A stretch of DNA of 64,000 nt from Lama glama (lineage: Eukaryota): the NCBI GenBank assembly GCA_028534125.1, contig CM052816.1, positions 32,242,001-32,306,000 of the forward strand, given 5' to 3'. The notes under the pieces are model-generated. The model worked only from the letters and a program-made list of their open reading frames with translations. It made no database searches and had not been told where the DNA came from. Both the position numbers and the translations under genes were made by a program. Below are positions 52,616 through 63,760 of the stretch, one piece after another (positions within the stretch are counted from its first letter, which is position 1; the number at the start of each line of letters is the position of its first letter).

Positions 52616-54086
52616 AGCAAATTTCAAAACATGGTGGAACAGATACATTCTTCAGAAGGATGATGACATACCAAAACTGACTAAAGAAGAAAAAACCTGA
52701 ATGGTTCTACAACCATTACAGAAATTAACTTAGTAGTTTGAAATCTTCCTACAAAGAAAATACTAGACCCAGATAGTTTCTAGAAGTGAGGTTAATTTTT
52801 TTAATTGAAAAAATAATTCTGACATTATATTTAAATTTTTCGGAGAAGAGAAAAAGAGGAAAATTTCTCCAACTAATTTTATAAAACTAGTATGGGCATA
52901 CTCCACAGAACAATTCCAACATCATATAACATGCATCTCTCTTAAAACAACATTTCAGCTATTATATAGGAAATATTGTATTTAGGACCCCCAAACCCGT
53001 TACATTTTTACCAGTAACAACAACAACAACAACAAGGGTGTGGGAAATGCCTTGAGTTACATTACAAACCCAACTGGTAAAAGGTTCGCTGTACAATGTG
53101 TCAGCAAATCAGAAAGCATACTGAGTATCAGTGCAGGGGATGTTCCAGACAAACGCCACTGGTGATAAAAGCACTAAAGCATCCTACTCAGTGTGAATCA
53201 TTCTCTATCACATTTCTATAGTGCCTTTTATATCTCATATTGTCCTTTTTACCCTGGTTTTATACTACGAGAACCAAAAAAGTTGAGAAAATATTAAAGA
53301 TTAATAGAGGGAGAAGCAAGCAAAAAAAGCAGTAACAATGAAAGAGAATATGCAAAATGCTGACAGAGCAACTATTTGTTAACAACTATACTGTTTGGTG
53401 ATCAGGAAGCAAAGTTATGGACATTTACAGCCTCATGGCATAGTTTGTTATTTAATAGAGGTTTGTTTAGTATATTTTAGTTACATGTTAGGAAACTGAT
53501 TTGGGTTAAGAAGTAACTCATTTTAATTTTACCATTTAAATTATGGTATGGAAATAGGCTCCCAGTTAATGTTTCTGCATAGGACATCTGATTTTCAGAA
53601 ACAAGTTAATATTAAATGGCTATCTGTATAATTTTAACATCAAAACTATCAAAGACAATATGAGAAAGAAAACCACAATCCCACCTTGTCCATAAACATA
53701 AATATAGTCATTCTAAACAGAATACTTCTTGAAACAAGTTTGGTTTCTTCTAGAAATGTAAGATTGGTTCAACATTAGAAGATGTATTAATGCAATTCAC
53801 CTCATTAACAAATTACAAGAAAAAAACCCATACATTCATCTCAAAAGAGGCAGAAAAAAACATTAAATAAAATTCAACATTCATTCATGATTAAAAAAAA
53901 ACTATTAGCAAACTAAAAATAGGAAATGTCCTTAACCCAATAAACAATAAGAAATGTATTAAAATGTCATACACACCACATACACAAGCTGAAACTTCAA
54001 CAGCATTCCTTTAAAATTGTGAACAAGACTAGGAGGTCAATTATCACTCTATCCAACATTGTCCTAGATGTACTAGCATGGGCATT

Positions 54087-54133
54087 CACACACACACACA
54101 CACACACACGCGCGCGCGCGCGTGCGCGCACAC
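54087..54133. repeat. Compound (CA)n(CG)n microsatellite
   Basis: 47-bp alternating purine-pyrimidine run read directly. Confidence 0.95.
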
Positions 54134-54444
54134 TTACACACAGTATAATTAGAAAGGAAGAAAGCTTCTGCAGGTGATATGTTTAAAGAGAAAATCCAAA
54201 GAAAATCTACAAATGATTTTAAATTATCAAAAGTATTCAAATTATTTAATATCTGTTGGATACTAAATCAGATCCCTAACATCCAACATAAACAAAATGC
54301 CAACCCATATGGATTAAACACCTTAAAATGAAATACACATAGTTTATCTAAAATCTTATTTATGCTCCTGATGAGAAAACTGGAGTGGGATAAGAAGTTG
54401 GGTAAGGAAAACAGCCCACTTCTCACTCTCCACCCTTTAGAGGG

Positions 54445-54987
54445 TGTTATCAGTTTTCTCTTGCTGCCATAACTAATTTACACAAATTCAGCAGCTTAAA
54501 ACAGCACAAGTTTATGATAATAGCTCTGTAGGTCAGAAGTCTGGCATGAGTCTCATTGGGCTAAAATCAAGGCATCAGCTGGGCTGTGTTCTTTTCTGGA
54601 GACTCCAGGGGGGAGTCTGCTTCCATGCTCATTCAGGTGGTTGGCTGACTTCAGTTCCAGCAGTTGTAGAAATGAAGTCCCTGTCTCTTTGCTGGCTGTC
54701 AGCTGAGGGCCTTTCCCAGCTTCTAGAAGCTGTTTGTACTCTTAGGCTTCAAAGATCTTCGACCTCCATCTTCAAAGCTAGCAATGGGAGGTTGAGCCCC
54801 TCTCCTGCCTTCTCTTCTGCTGCAGCTCTGACTCTTCTGTTTTCCTCTTCATTTTCTATCTCATCTCATGGTCCCTCACATTAATCACATCTGCAAAGCC
54901 CATTTTTTACTGTGTGATGAAACATACTCACAAGTTCTAGGGACTAGGCTGTAGACATCTTTGAGGGACCATTATTCGGCCTACCAC
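54445..54987 (-). mobile_element. MLT1D-like MaLR LTR
   Basis: Contains ctgtaggtcagaagtctggcatgagtctcattgggctaaaatcaagg, and ends gaccattattcggcctaccac. Confidence 0.85.
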
Positions 54988-55947
54988 GCCAAACAAGAAG
55001 AATTTGTTCTGTGCCTGCGCTAACACTGTATGAACATAGCTTGTACATCCTTACATAACGCTTCCACCCCAGCAGGCAAGGGTGGAGAGAAACCTAGGTA
55101 GAAACTATCCCTGATCTTTTTCTCATGTCCTTTCTGCTTGCATTGGCTTAATTGTTGGGTTTTCCTCCCCAGACTCTGTGAGGTTGAAGCAGACAGGAAA
55201 ATGAAGAATTTAGAATTAATTTCCTGATGCCAACATTAATCCAATAATTGAAACAAATGCCTACCGTCTATCTATTCTTGAACCATCCAGAGCTGAGGGG
55301 AGAGTTATAAAGGGGTGAATAGGAAAGAATAAGGTGGGAACAAAAATATCAAGCCATTAAAAGAAATACAGCAGTATAGTTCCCTGTACCTTAAAAACTC
55401 AACCCAAGAAAATTCCATACCTGGGGTGGCAGTAAACAAGAAAAGTCTAGTTCATGAGAGTCATTCACTGGGTATCACTATGTACTTCACAGTCCTAGAT
55501 GATTCAACAAACCTTTCTTTAATTCTTTAACCTATATAGTACATAGAAATAGGTATTATCCTGTGAAAGAGGAACCCTGGGCTTAAAGAAGCGTTCATTT
55601 ACCCAAAAGAACAAGAGCAGAGTCAGAGCAGGATCTAAACCTGTTCCAGCCCGAGGACATTTCCTCTCCCTGCCTTTCCCTAGCAAGAAGGCAAGATTGA
55701 AATTTGTTATAATCCTCACATTGTACCCTTCAGTGTCTTTAAATCACATCCTCTGAGGTGTCACTCTCCTTCCCCAACCTTTCTCTTCCCAGACATTATA
55801 GAGACTTCCTAAGGAAGGCCTGAGAGTTATTTACCTCCCTGTGATCATTACACGTTTACTTCTGTATGACTGTTGTCCCCACTGTCCCAACATGATGTTA
55901 CCATTCAGGCTAGTCCTTGTGTGATGACCATGGGGCTACGGGCTTGA

Positions 55948-56088
55948 ATTTCCTTTTTCTTTTCCTCCTCCTTTCTTTCCTTCCTCCCTCTTTCATTCTT
56001 CTCCTTTCCTTCCTCCTGCTTTCTTTCTTTTTCTTTCTTTCCTCCCTCTTTACTTCTCTCCCTTCCTCTGCCCTCTCCCTTTTCCTTT
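55948..56088. repeat. Polypyrimidine (TC-rich) low-complexity tract
   Basis: About 140 bp of almost exclusively T/C. Confidence 0.9.
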
Positions 56089-56546
56089 CGGCAGTAAGAG
56101 AAACAAAGGTGCTGGGATGTGGTCTCTACTAGGACTTACAGGGGACTCAAGTGCTACCACACAGCCCAAACCACTGCAGTCTCTGTCCCTTTGATCAGTT
56201 ATAATTATTAGGAAAGAGCCAATTAACTACCTCCACTTTATTTCTGTGGTAATAATCAATTCTAAAATTTCAGCCCAAAACCCAACTCCTTACCACAGGT
56301 ACCAAGTCCTGTATGATTAACGCCTGTTTCTTCTGCTACATCTCAGCCACCTGGACTCCTCCCACGGCTCCAGCCACCTGGATAAGGCCTGCCCCTGAGT
56401 ACTTGAAATGTGACTAATCTGAACTGAAAGGTATGAGAAATATAAAATATACACCAGACTTTGAAGATTTAGTAGGAATAAAAGCATGCAAGATATATCA
56501 TTAATAATTTGATATTGATTACATGTTTAAGTGATAATACAGCACA

Positions 56547-57008
56547 TGTTGAAAGAGTAGAAAACTAACAAGATCGCTATTGAGTTGTTCAGACCTGTCC
56601 TTTTAGCTAAACTGATCTTATGACTAACAAGCTCCCCTCCCTGTGCACTCTTTTCTTAGAATCACTTAGTCCTTTTTTACTTTAGAGGTCCTGAAAGAAG
56701 GTCTTGGACCAAACCTGAAGAAAAAGGGCAGACTCTCCTAAATTCCTCCATAACAACAGCAAGTTCTTATCAAGATGGAAGAGAACACCCTGTAAAATGC
56801 TCTGATTTTGTCACCTTTTCTGTTCCATCCAGCTTTTCTATAAAACCCCAAGACCCCAACCCCAAGATGGATTCAGTTTCCAGGGCAGTAGACTGCCGTG
56901 ACTCCCCTTGGCAGGGCAAGGCAATAAAGCTGCTCTTTGCGCCCAAAACTCTGCCTCCGAGTTTGGATTCACTTTCCTGGGGGTGCAGACGCTGTTTTTT
57001 CGGCAACT
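56547..57008 (+). mobile_element. Young solo ERV LTR inserted into a MER3/MER33-like DNA transposon (56390-56546, 57009-57122)
   Basis: Starts TGTTG and ends ggcaac. TATAAAA at 56839-56845, AATAAA at 56923-56928, CpGs retained. The flanks form the two halves of a MER3-like element ending ctatgggacagcgcgg. Confidence 0.7.
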
Positions 57009-57399
57009 ATGTTGAATCACTCTTTAATTTAATTTGTTCCTTTTTACTTTTTTATATGGCATTTCTAAAATTTAGAATGACATTCGTGGTTGGCACTATA
57101 TTCCTATGGGACAGCGCGGCTCTGTCACATTTTACCCTCCTTTGTTTCCTTCCGCACTTAACACTATACGGATTTACAGTGTCCACGTTACCTGTTCAGT
57201 GTCTTTCTCACCCAACCGGAACGTAAGACAGCGTGTCTGTCCCATTCACATCTGATTCCCTGGCATTTAGAACCGAGCGTGAAGCACAGCAAGTACTCAA
57301 CACGTATTTCTGGACTTAATGACCTTACTCTTCCTCAGCTGGAGACGGTGAGCTGTCTGTCCTCCCACAGAACAACAAGGTCTCAAGTCCTTTGGGCTA

Positions 57400-58150
57400 C
57401 ACCCGCAGCTCACGCTGACCGTGTGCTCTCGACACTGAGAAGACAGGTGCTTGTTTAGCACACTGGATAAAACCTCCTTCTGCGCGGAAAGGACGGGTCG
57501 CGCGACGCCACGAGGCCTCAGTGCGAGAACCTTCCCTCCTCAGAGCTCTTTCCCCGTGGAGCCCCGCCCTCAGCCAATCACTGCGCAGTTCGCCCTCCCG
57601 CCACACGGCGGCGTCTCGCGAGGGCTCGGCGGCCGGTGGTACAGTCCGCTCTCCCCCGCCCCTCGGACAGTGGATCCTTCCAGTCGTAGAAAAGCATTGT
57701 GGGACGGCTCGTCAGCCTTTCCAGCCTCCGCGCTCGTTCGGACTCTGTTACGCTGTGCTGCGGGTTCCGGGACGATGGGTGGCCCGGGACAACGGATGGC
57801 CTGGGCCTCACGGCCGCCTGGCCTCCGATGGTCGGGGTGCCCGGCAGGGGCGCGTGGCTGAATGGTGCCCGGCACGGCCGGGCCCGGTCCGAGGGTCCCG
57901 GTCCCTGAATGCATGGAGGGCGGTGGACTGGTCTGGCCCCGCGCCACGTTGTTCGTGGAACCTCAGGCGGCCCCGGCCTGCGTTCCCACGCCGGCAGATC
58001 GGGCAGTGGGGTTGAGGACATTTATTGGTCATCGGCTGCATGTCAGGGGCTTTTTAATAGAAGTGAGAATTTCTTGCATGTGAAAGGGAGGGCCTCACCG
58101 TATAACTGCACCTATGCCTACCGTGTCAGTGTGACATCGGGTCAACGCAG
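57400..58150. promoter_or_regulatory. CpG island promoter of EPB41L4A-AS1
   Basis: Abrupt GC- and CpG-rich segment. GC boxes CCCCGCCC at 57562-57569 and ~57655-57662, CCAAT at 57574-57578, TGCGCA at 57582-57587, TCTCGCGAG (9/10 of the TCTCGCGAGA motif) at 57614-57622, ZNF143-like GCATTGTGGGA at 57694-57704, TCT initiator CCTTTCC at 57716-57722. Confidence 0.88.
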
Positions 58151-59300
58151 AAGTAAAGTGCCATTTAAGGTTTAGATTTGACAACCGTCTCAGGGTGCAG
58201 AACTTGGCGGCAATCTAATATCACCAACTTTGCAGGTGAGTTTTCATGTTCGTGCGAAAAAGACCAGTTGCCTCGAAATTTTAAAACTAGCCATTTAAGA
58301 TTTTGTATTCTGTTTTCGTTACCTACTCGGATTCGGAATCTTAAGAGGAAATGCAGAGCTGGGATTAATTCCCCTTTCAGCTCTAATTAACAGAACAGTT
58401 CCTCTCAGCCAGTTGTTTGGTGTCAGCAACTTTGTGCCACACGGTATTCCGTACGCGGTTTTCTTGCAGCCTTTGTGTTGCCCATTCACTTTTGGAAACT
58501 AGTGAATGTGGTGTCAAAAAAGGCGTAAATCAAACACTTAAGCAGCCATTACCTGCCCTTGTATTTGATATCTTTGGTGTAGGAGCTGCGTAAGTAACAG
58601 TTACGTCATTTACGCATGTGAATTTGATTCTGCCAACGTGTGTATGTTTCTGTTAACCAGTTTTAATTTTTGTTCAGGTGAAAATGGATGCTTGAAGCAG
58701 ACTGCTGCTAGCTGAATACTTAACTATCTGGAAGCACAAAGATGGCCTAAGGTAGGGTGAGACTGTTGAAGCAGAAGTTGTCATACTGCAGTTATTTGTA
58801 ATTTGAATTTTAACCTTTCTAGATTGGGATGACTTTTCTAGTGGGTATTAATTTAGATTAGGTATTAATGGCTCAGTATTACTACTATACCTATAAACAG
58901 GTTAACTGCAAATGGGATAGCCTCTTGTCATCTTATTTATCACAATATCTAAAGATAACATGATTTTACATGTAGTAGCCAAATTTTAAAAAACCACTTG
59001 CCAAATCTTGGTTGGCATTTGAAGTCCGGAAGTGCATAACTTAAATCAGTAGTGTGGCAGTATGTACTGAGAGTATTATGATGAAGCTTTTAAGATACGG
59101 TGCATGTAAATGTTTGTCAAATTGAATGCTTTATTTTTTCTTTTAGGATGTCCTTGGTGAGGAATTTGAAAACTTGATCTTCAGGAGCTGCTTAGATTAT
59201 TTAAAATTTCCAGGAATGATAAAATTACTGTTTTGGACAGTCCATAAGTGTATATATAAAACAGTGGGGCCATAAATAAAAGAAATTTAGTGTGCTTCTT
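57717..59300 (+). ncRNA. EPB41L4A-AS1: snoRNA host lncRNA EPB41L4A-AS1 (TIGA1) orthologue; predicted exons ~57717-58235 (may be split), 58678-58751, 59147-~59300
   Basis: CpG island with a TCT-type start. Consensus donor CAG|GTGAGT at 58235/58236, acceptor tttttgttcAG at 58677, donor AAG|GTAGGG at 58751/58752, acceptor ttttttcttttAG at 59146, AATAAA at 59275-59280. Hosts SNORA13 in an intron and lies opposite EPB41L4A, as in human. Confidence 0.82.
58468..58602 (+). ncRNA. SNORA13: H/ACA box snoRNA SNORA13 (ACA13), guide for 18S rRNA pseudouridine 1248
   Basis: Near-identical to recalled human ACA13 (AGCCTTTGTGTTGCCCATTCAC...GGAGCTGC.TAAGTAACAGTT). Two hairpins, H box AAATCA at 58527-58532, ACA box at 58597-58599 plus 3 nt. 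Guide arms GTGTT (58475-58479) and GTCAAA (58513-58518) pair with 18S UUUGAC-UC-AACAC. It ends 75 nt upstream of a 3' splice site. Confidence 0.96.
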
Positions 59301-61787
59301 GAAGGTTTGTATGATAAGGTGATTAACTGCCAGAAAATAGTGTGCTTTCCCTGAAACATTAAAGGGTATCCTCCCTTCCCTCTTCTCCCAGCAACTTGAA
59401 AATTACATTAAATCCCAGCATTTAAGATTAATATTCAGTGCTATCAGTGACTGATACAGTTTTATGAAATATAGGATTATGCTAGGCAGAAGGAGAAATA
59501 AGTGCTTCCTTCTAGTGCCTCATATATGATGAGCTGAACTACACTGGTTGGTTTCTAGGTCACAGGTATGCTTTATATTGTTACTGCATTATTTGGAGGT
59601 GGGGGTGTAATTAGGTTATTTAATTCTTTTTTTTTTTAATGGAAGTACTGGGGGTTGAACCCAGGACTTCATGCATACTAGGCATGCACTCTATACATGA
59701 GCTATACTCTCCCTTGCGTTACTTTTTTTTTTTTTTTTTTTTTACTAAGCATGTCATCTGCTTTCACTTCACTGGAAAGAACAAATATTGTATTTGGGCA
59801 TTCAAAATATTTATTGAAAGCTGTAGTAGGAGTTGGGGACACGATGGTGTGCAAAAATAGTTCCTTTGGAAGCTTACAGTTGAATGGAGGAAATGTCATC
59901 ACAATTAAATGTGAGATAAGTTCCGTGCATGATAGGATTTGACCAAATCTGGGAAACCTGACAAAGCAGTTGAGACTGCGAAAGTCTCATTTTTGCAAGG
60001 CAGAGTTGATCCCATGCCACGTACAGAGGCCTTAGCTAAAAAATGAGTATGACCGTAAGTCTAGATTTCTGACTGTTGTGACTCCTTTCCCTCTTAAGTA
60101 CCCTCATTTAGACAAGCATTGAGTGCTTAATGAAGCTTGAAGGTGGCCTTTATGGCAGCTGTGGGTGTTATAAAATGAGGCTGAAAACCAGTAAGGTTCT
60201 GTTTAAAGCAAGGGGAAATCCATGATTAGAAATGCAAATTTGCAAGAAGATGGGTGCTGGTGAGCCAGTTGGCGGCCAACTGCAAGAGATAACCACCTTG
60301 GAGTAAGGTGGTGGTAAAATTAAGGAAGCAAGAACTAGAGCAGGTGGGACTCCATAGTAGAGGATGTGCCCATGACTGCTAGGTGTATAGTCTTGTACAT
60401 TCCCAAGCATCATAGCCCAAATCCAGCTGGGGACCAGCGTTCTGAACTAGTTAATTTGAACTGCTTTAGAAATCTAAGTGACCTCTTAGTAGAACTTTGG
60501 TCTGTAATCTAAGTAATAGAAATAAGCCTTAAGGCCATAGGAATAAATGCCATCCACTGCAGTAGAGAAAGAGGGCCTAGGTTTGAGAAACTCTTAACTG
60601 AATTGTGAGGTAGAATAAAGTAAGCCACAAAGGACAGAATGGTAGAAACAATGGGAACTACATGAAAGAAAATTGCAAGGCAGCCTAAAAGTTAACCTTG
60701 GGATTTGTTGACGTAAAGGTGATTATAGTGGGGCCTGCCTTAGTGGAGATGTTTTATCCATATTAGAGGTGGTCTGAGATAAGACTTAAGGTTAGGGCAC
60801 TGGCTACAGATAATCTTCAAGACACTTGTCAATGGGAGAGGAAACTGTTGAAAGCTGGCTGGCTTTTTTACATGGTAGTCTTAAACAGGATCAAGCTGAG
60901 AGGAAGACTGGCTATACTGATAAAGGAGAAAGCAAGGATGGGGAGGCTGAAGGAGATGGGTTCCAAAGCAAAGGTAGAGGGGCAGGAGAAAAGGAAGACT
61001 GGGTTTATGGCCACCATGGAGAGGCTTGTCTATAGGGTAATGAGAAGATGGAAGATGTCCTGCAGGAGTATATTTTCCCTGTAGACTGCAGCCATCTGCA
61101 GAGGAAAGCTCTGGGATAGATGGGAAGAGATAGCCAGGCAGGCTGGAGGAACCATTTGAGGTTGAGGGTCAAGAATTTATATAAGGTTGAGGGTCAACTG
61201 AAATCCATACGAACCTTTTTTTCTGAAAACAAGGACATTAGAAATTAAAAGCAATACTTAACAAAAAGCCTTTGAACATTTGTAAATAACTGGTGGAACT
61301 TAATGCCAAGAAATACAGTATTACAAAGAACACATTTGTATGAATAAGAATGTATCTGCAGTCTGAAAGTGACATCTCAGTCATGCATTTGTGCACAGGC
61401 AGCGGTCCACCCAGAGTTGGTAAGAACCTTCTCATCCCACTTGGTGTGCTACTGCACAGCTAGCCAGCTGCAGTCCAGGAACTTGATGGAAGCGTCTGGT
61501 CTTGGTTGTGGTAGACACAGATACTTGGAGTTTCCAGGAAGGAAAACATGGCATCAAGTGACTTAACTTTTTACAAGACTACTATCCTTCCAGTTACCAA
61601 ATAAAAAGGCCCTTAGGCGCAAATATGCTGTAGTTAAACCTTTAAAAGATGCAACAGACTCCATTATTTTCTTCTGAAGAAACACTGCTGCAAATCTGAG
61701 ATTTGAATAATTATAATTCACAGTTTCAAAGTAAAGGTGGCACACAAACCCTTCCCACCCCCCATCCCAAACCCTTCTTCACTGGGA
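59100..61787 (-). other. EPB41L4A: Probable 3' UTR of EPB41L4A (3' end uncertain)
   Basis: Sequence follows the stop codon. Candidate minus-strand AATAAA signals are at 59810-59815 and 59130-59135. The true cleavage site cannot be determined from sequence. Confidence 0.55.
59590..59713 (-). mobile_element. Camelid tRNA(Ala)-derived SINE (vic-1 type)
   Basis: Reverse complement GGGAGAGTATAGCTCATGTATAGAGTGCATGCCTAGTATGCATGAAGTCCTGGGTTCAACCCCCAGTACTTCCA (A/B boxes), then an A-run and aacctaattacacccc. Confidence 0.82.
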
Positions 61788-61916
61788 TCAAGTCTCTATC
61801 TTGAGGCGTGAAGCTTGGATAGTTTTTATTGTTTTGGCTGTGTGTTTTCCAGCCAGATTGCTTGTAGATGTCTGAGATTTTTCTTCAATTAGGCTATCTT
61901 TAGACCCATTTCTTCT
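61788..61916 (-). CDS. EPB41L4A: Last coding exon of band 4.1-like protein 4A (EPB41L4A/NBL4); upstream exons lie beyond the window
   Basis: The minus strand has an acceptor (ctttgtttttaaacatactctcttctAG) followed by a phase-0 frame RRNGSKDSLIEEKSQTSTSNLAGKHTAKTIKTIQASRLKIET*, stop TGA at 61790-61788. This matches the recalled human EPB41L4A C-terminus (RRNGSKDSLMEEKPQTSTNNLAGKHTAKTIKTIQASRLKTET), and SNORA13 lies next to it as in human. Confidence 0.93.
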   Translation of the reverse strand, partial: RRNGSKDSLIEEKSQTSTSNLAGKHTAKTIKTIQASRLKIET

Positions 61917-63229
61917 CTAGAAGAGAGTATGTTTAAAAACAAAGTAAGATTCAGAGAAGAAAACACAGCCAAGTCAATTTTATTAACACATCAGAAATAA
62001 CTAAGATTTCTTACATTTAAGACATTGAGTTATCAATTATTTAGGCAAGGTTCCTAAAAGCTGTTTAAATATTCTCTTTATTTAAACAGCTAACTGTGAT
62101 AAGCAACATGAAGATTATATGTTTAAATCTTAAAGTTACTCTGACAGTTGCATGCATAATAAATTTTATTCATGAAAATTTGGCATAATTCTAGATCCAT
62201 TCCTCAAGCAAGTGTAATTTCCTTTCTAGTTATTCCTAAACCAGGCTCTCAGGCCTCCCATTTTTTAAGGGAGGGGCAGAGAGATGAAGAGAATGGGCAA
62301 TTGAGAGTAATCTGTAATCTTCCCTGATCATATTTCCAGTAGTCACTGAATGAAACCCCCACAATACAATGCGCTGGGGGCTTCCATCACTTGGGGCTAG
62401 AGCTCCTTGTTGGCTGGGGGACCCTCAAGGAGATTTGGACTCTAAGGACCCCATCATGAAGAAATGGGAGTGGAGCTATCAAACCTGAGCACTACACCCA
62501 CAGCTTCTGGAAGTGGGTGATATACGTGTCCCACTGCCGCAGGTGGAGGCCCTGAGAATGACACTAAAGGTGCCTCACACAGCACCCCCTGCTGCACCTT
62601 CCTGCTCTTACCTCCCTTTAAAGATGGCCTAACTTGTCAGTAGATCTGGCTGACAACCATATTTATTTCCCTAAAGTATCTCCCCACACATCCTGGGCTA
62701 CACTCCAGAATTCTATTTTCTTGAGATTCATTTGGGCTAAAAATAAGCCACCCTCTGAGAAATTGTCTTTTATTTGTTTCTATGACTGCCTTGATTTGTT
62801 TCACTCATACTCAAAGAAGCGCTGATGAAACAATTCTGCTAAGCATGGGAAATATGAATCAAGATAATTTTGGAGCATGAGACATGATCTATTTGGGATG
62901 GAAGATTTCTAAATAACCAGAGAGGTAGGAGAAGAACCCCAGAGCATGAGAGTGTCAGGGCAGGGGGATAGAGAACTAATGTATCTGAGGAATCACTACC
63001 TTCTTGTACATTTGTTAAGGACTGAACTTGTCTCTTCTGCCTGCAGACCTTAAGGAAAATGAATCAAAAGCTCTAATCCACTTTACCAGCTTCTACATGA
63101 AAAAGCGAGGTGAGGTGTAGGCAGGCCAAGCCACTGCCAGAACTCTGGCATCATCATGGAACTTATGTCGGAAATGCAGCTTTCCTGCTTCCCCATGTCA
63201 TTTGCATTCTTTCTCCACATGGCAACCAG

Positions 63230-63760
63230 TTCAGTGGTTTCCTTTTGGCACTTAATAAGATCGAAACAAACTCTTCCCATGGCATCTAAGGCCCCGCATT
63301 ACCTGCCCCCCTTCTCCCTCATTCACTATGCTCAGACCTCAAACACCCAGGTCCTTCCCAGCTTCAGCCTTTTTCCCCACGCTTTTCCAACCACAGTCAT
63401 ATGTGGCTGGCTCTTCTCCCCTGTGAATTTCAGCTTTACACCTCACTTTCTGAGATGGCCTTTACCCTGTCTATCTAAAGTAAGGTCATATGTTCATTTT
63501 CTAACTCAGACCTTTGTCTCTTCATAATAATTAACTAATTTTTTCTTATTGTTTTACCTGTTTATTTTTATGTGTTATGTGCCCTCCCCAACAATAACCC
63601 TTTAAAAACAGAAACAATTAGTTCCTGGGCTGTACAAAAACAGACAGCACATTAGATTCAGCCCATGGGCTATATTTTGTTGACTGCCCTGATCAGTGCC
63701 TTGTCACTCCTTAGATGTGCTCATGAGATAGTTGTTGAATTCAAAAATCTAAGGTGTCTC
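63230..63760 (+). mobile_element. L2 3' region with a small DNA-transposon fragment, in an EPB41L4A intron
   Basis: L2-like cctcactttctgagatggcctttaccctg and tail gtgctcatgagatagttgttgaat. Confidence 0.55.

Noticed and set aside
57397..58175. Cluster of 70-164 aa ORFs on both strands
   Set aside because: Expected from stop-codon scarcity in a CpG island. Most start at non-ATG codons or upstream of the predicted TSS, and none resembles a known protein.
58919..59045. Possible decayed second SNORA13 copy in the next AS1 intron (AGCCT...CTTGCC...GGAAGTGCATAA)
   Set aside because: Only patchy similarity, with no guide arms and no correctly placed ACA box. An Infernal search would be needed to support it.
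59640..59713. tRNA-Ala-like sequence
   Set aside because: Degenerate stems and a SINE body and tail attached; it is a SINE head, not a tRNA gene.
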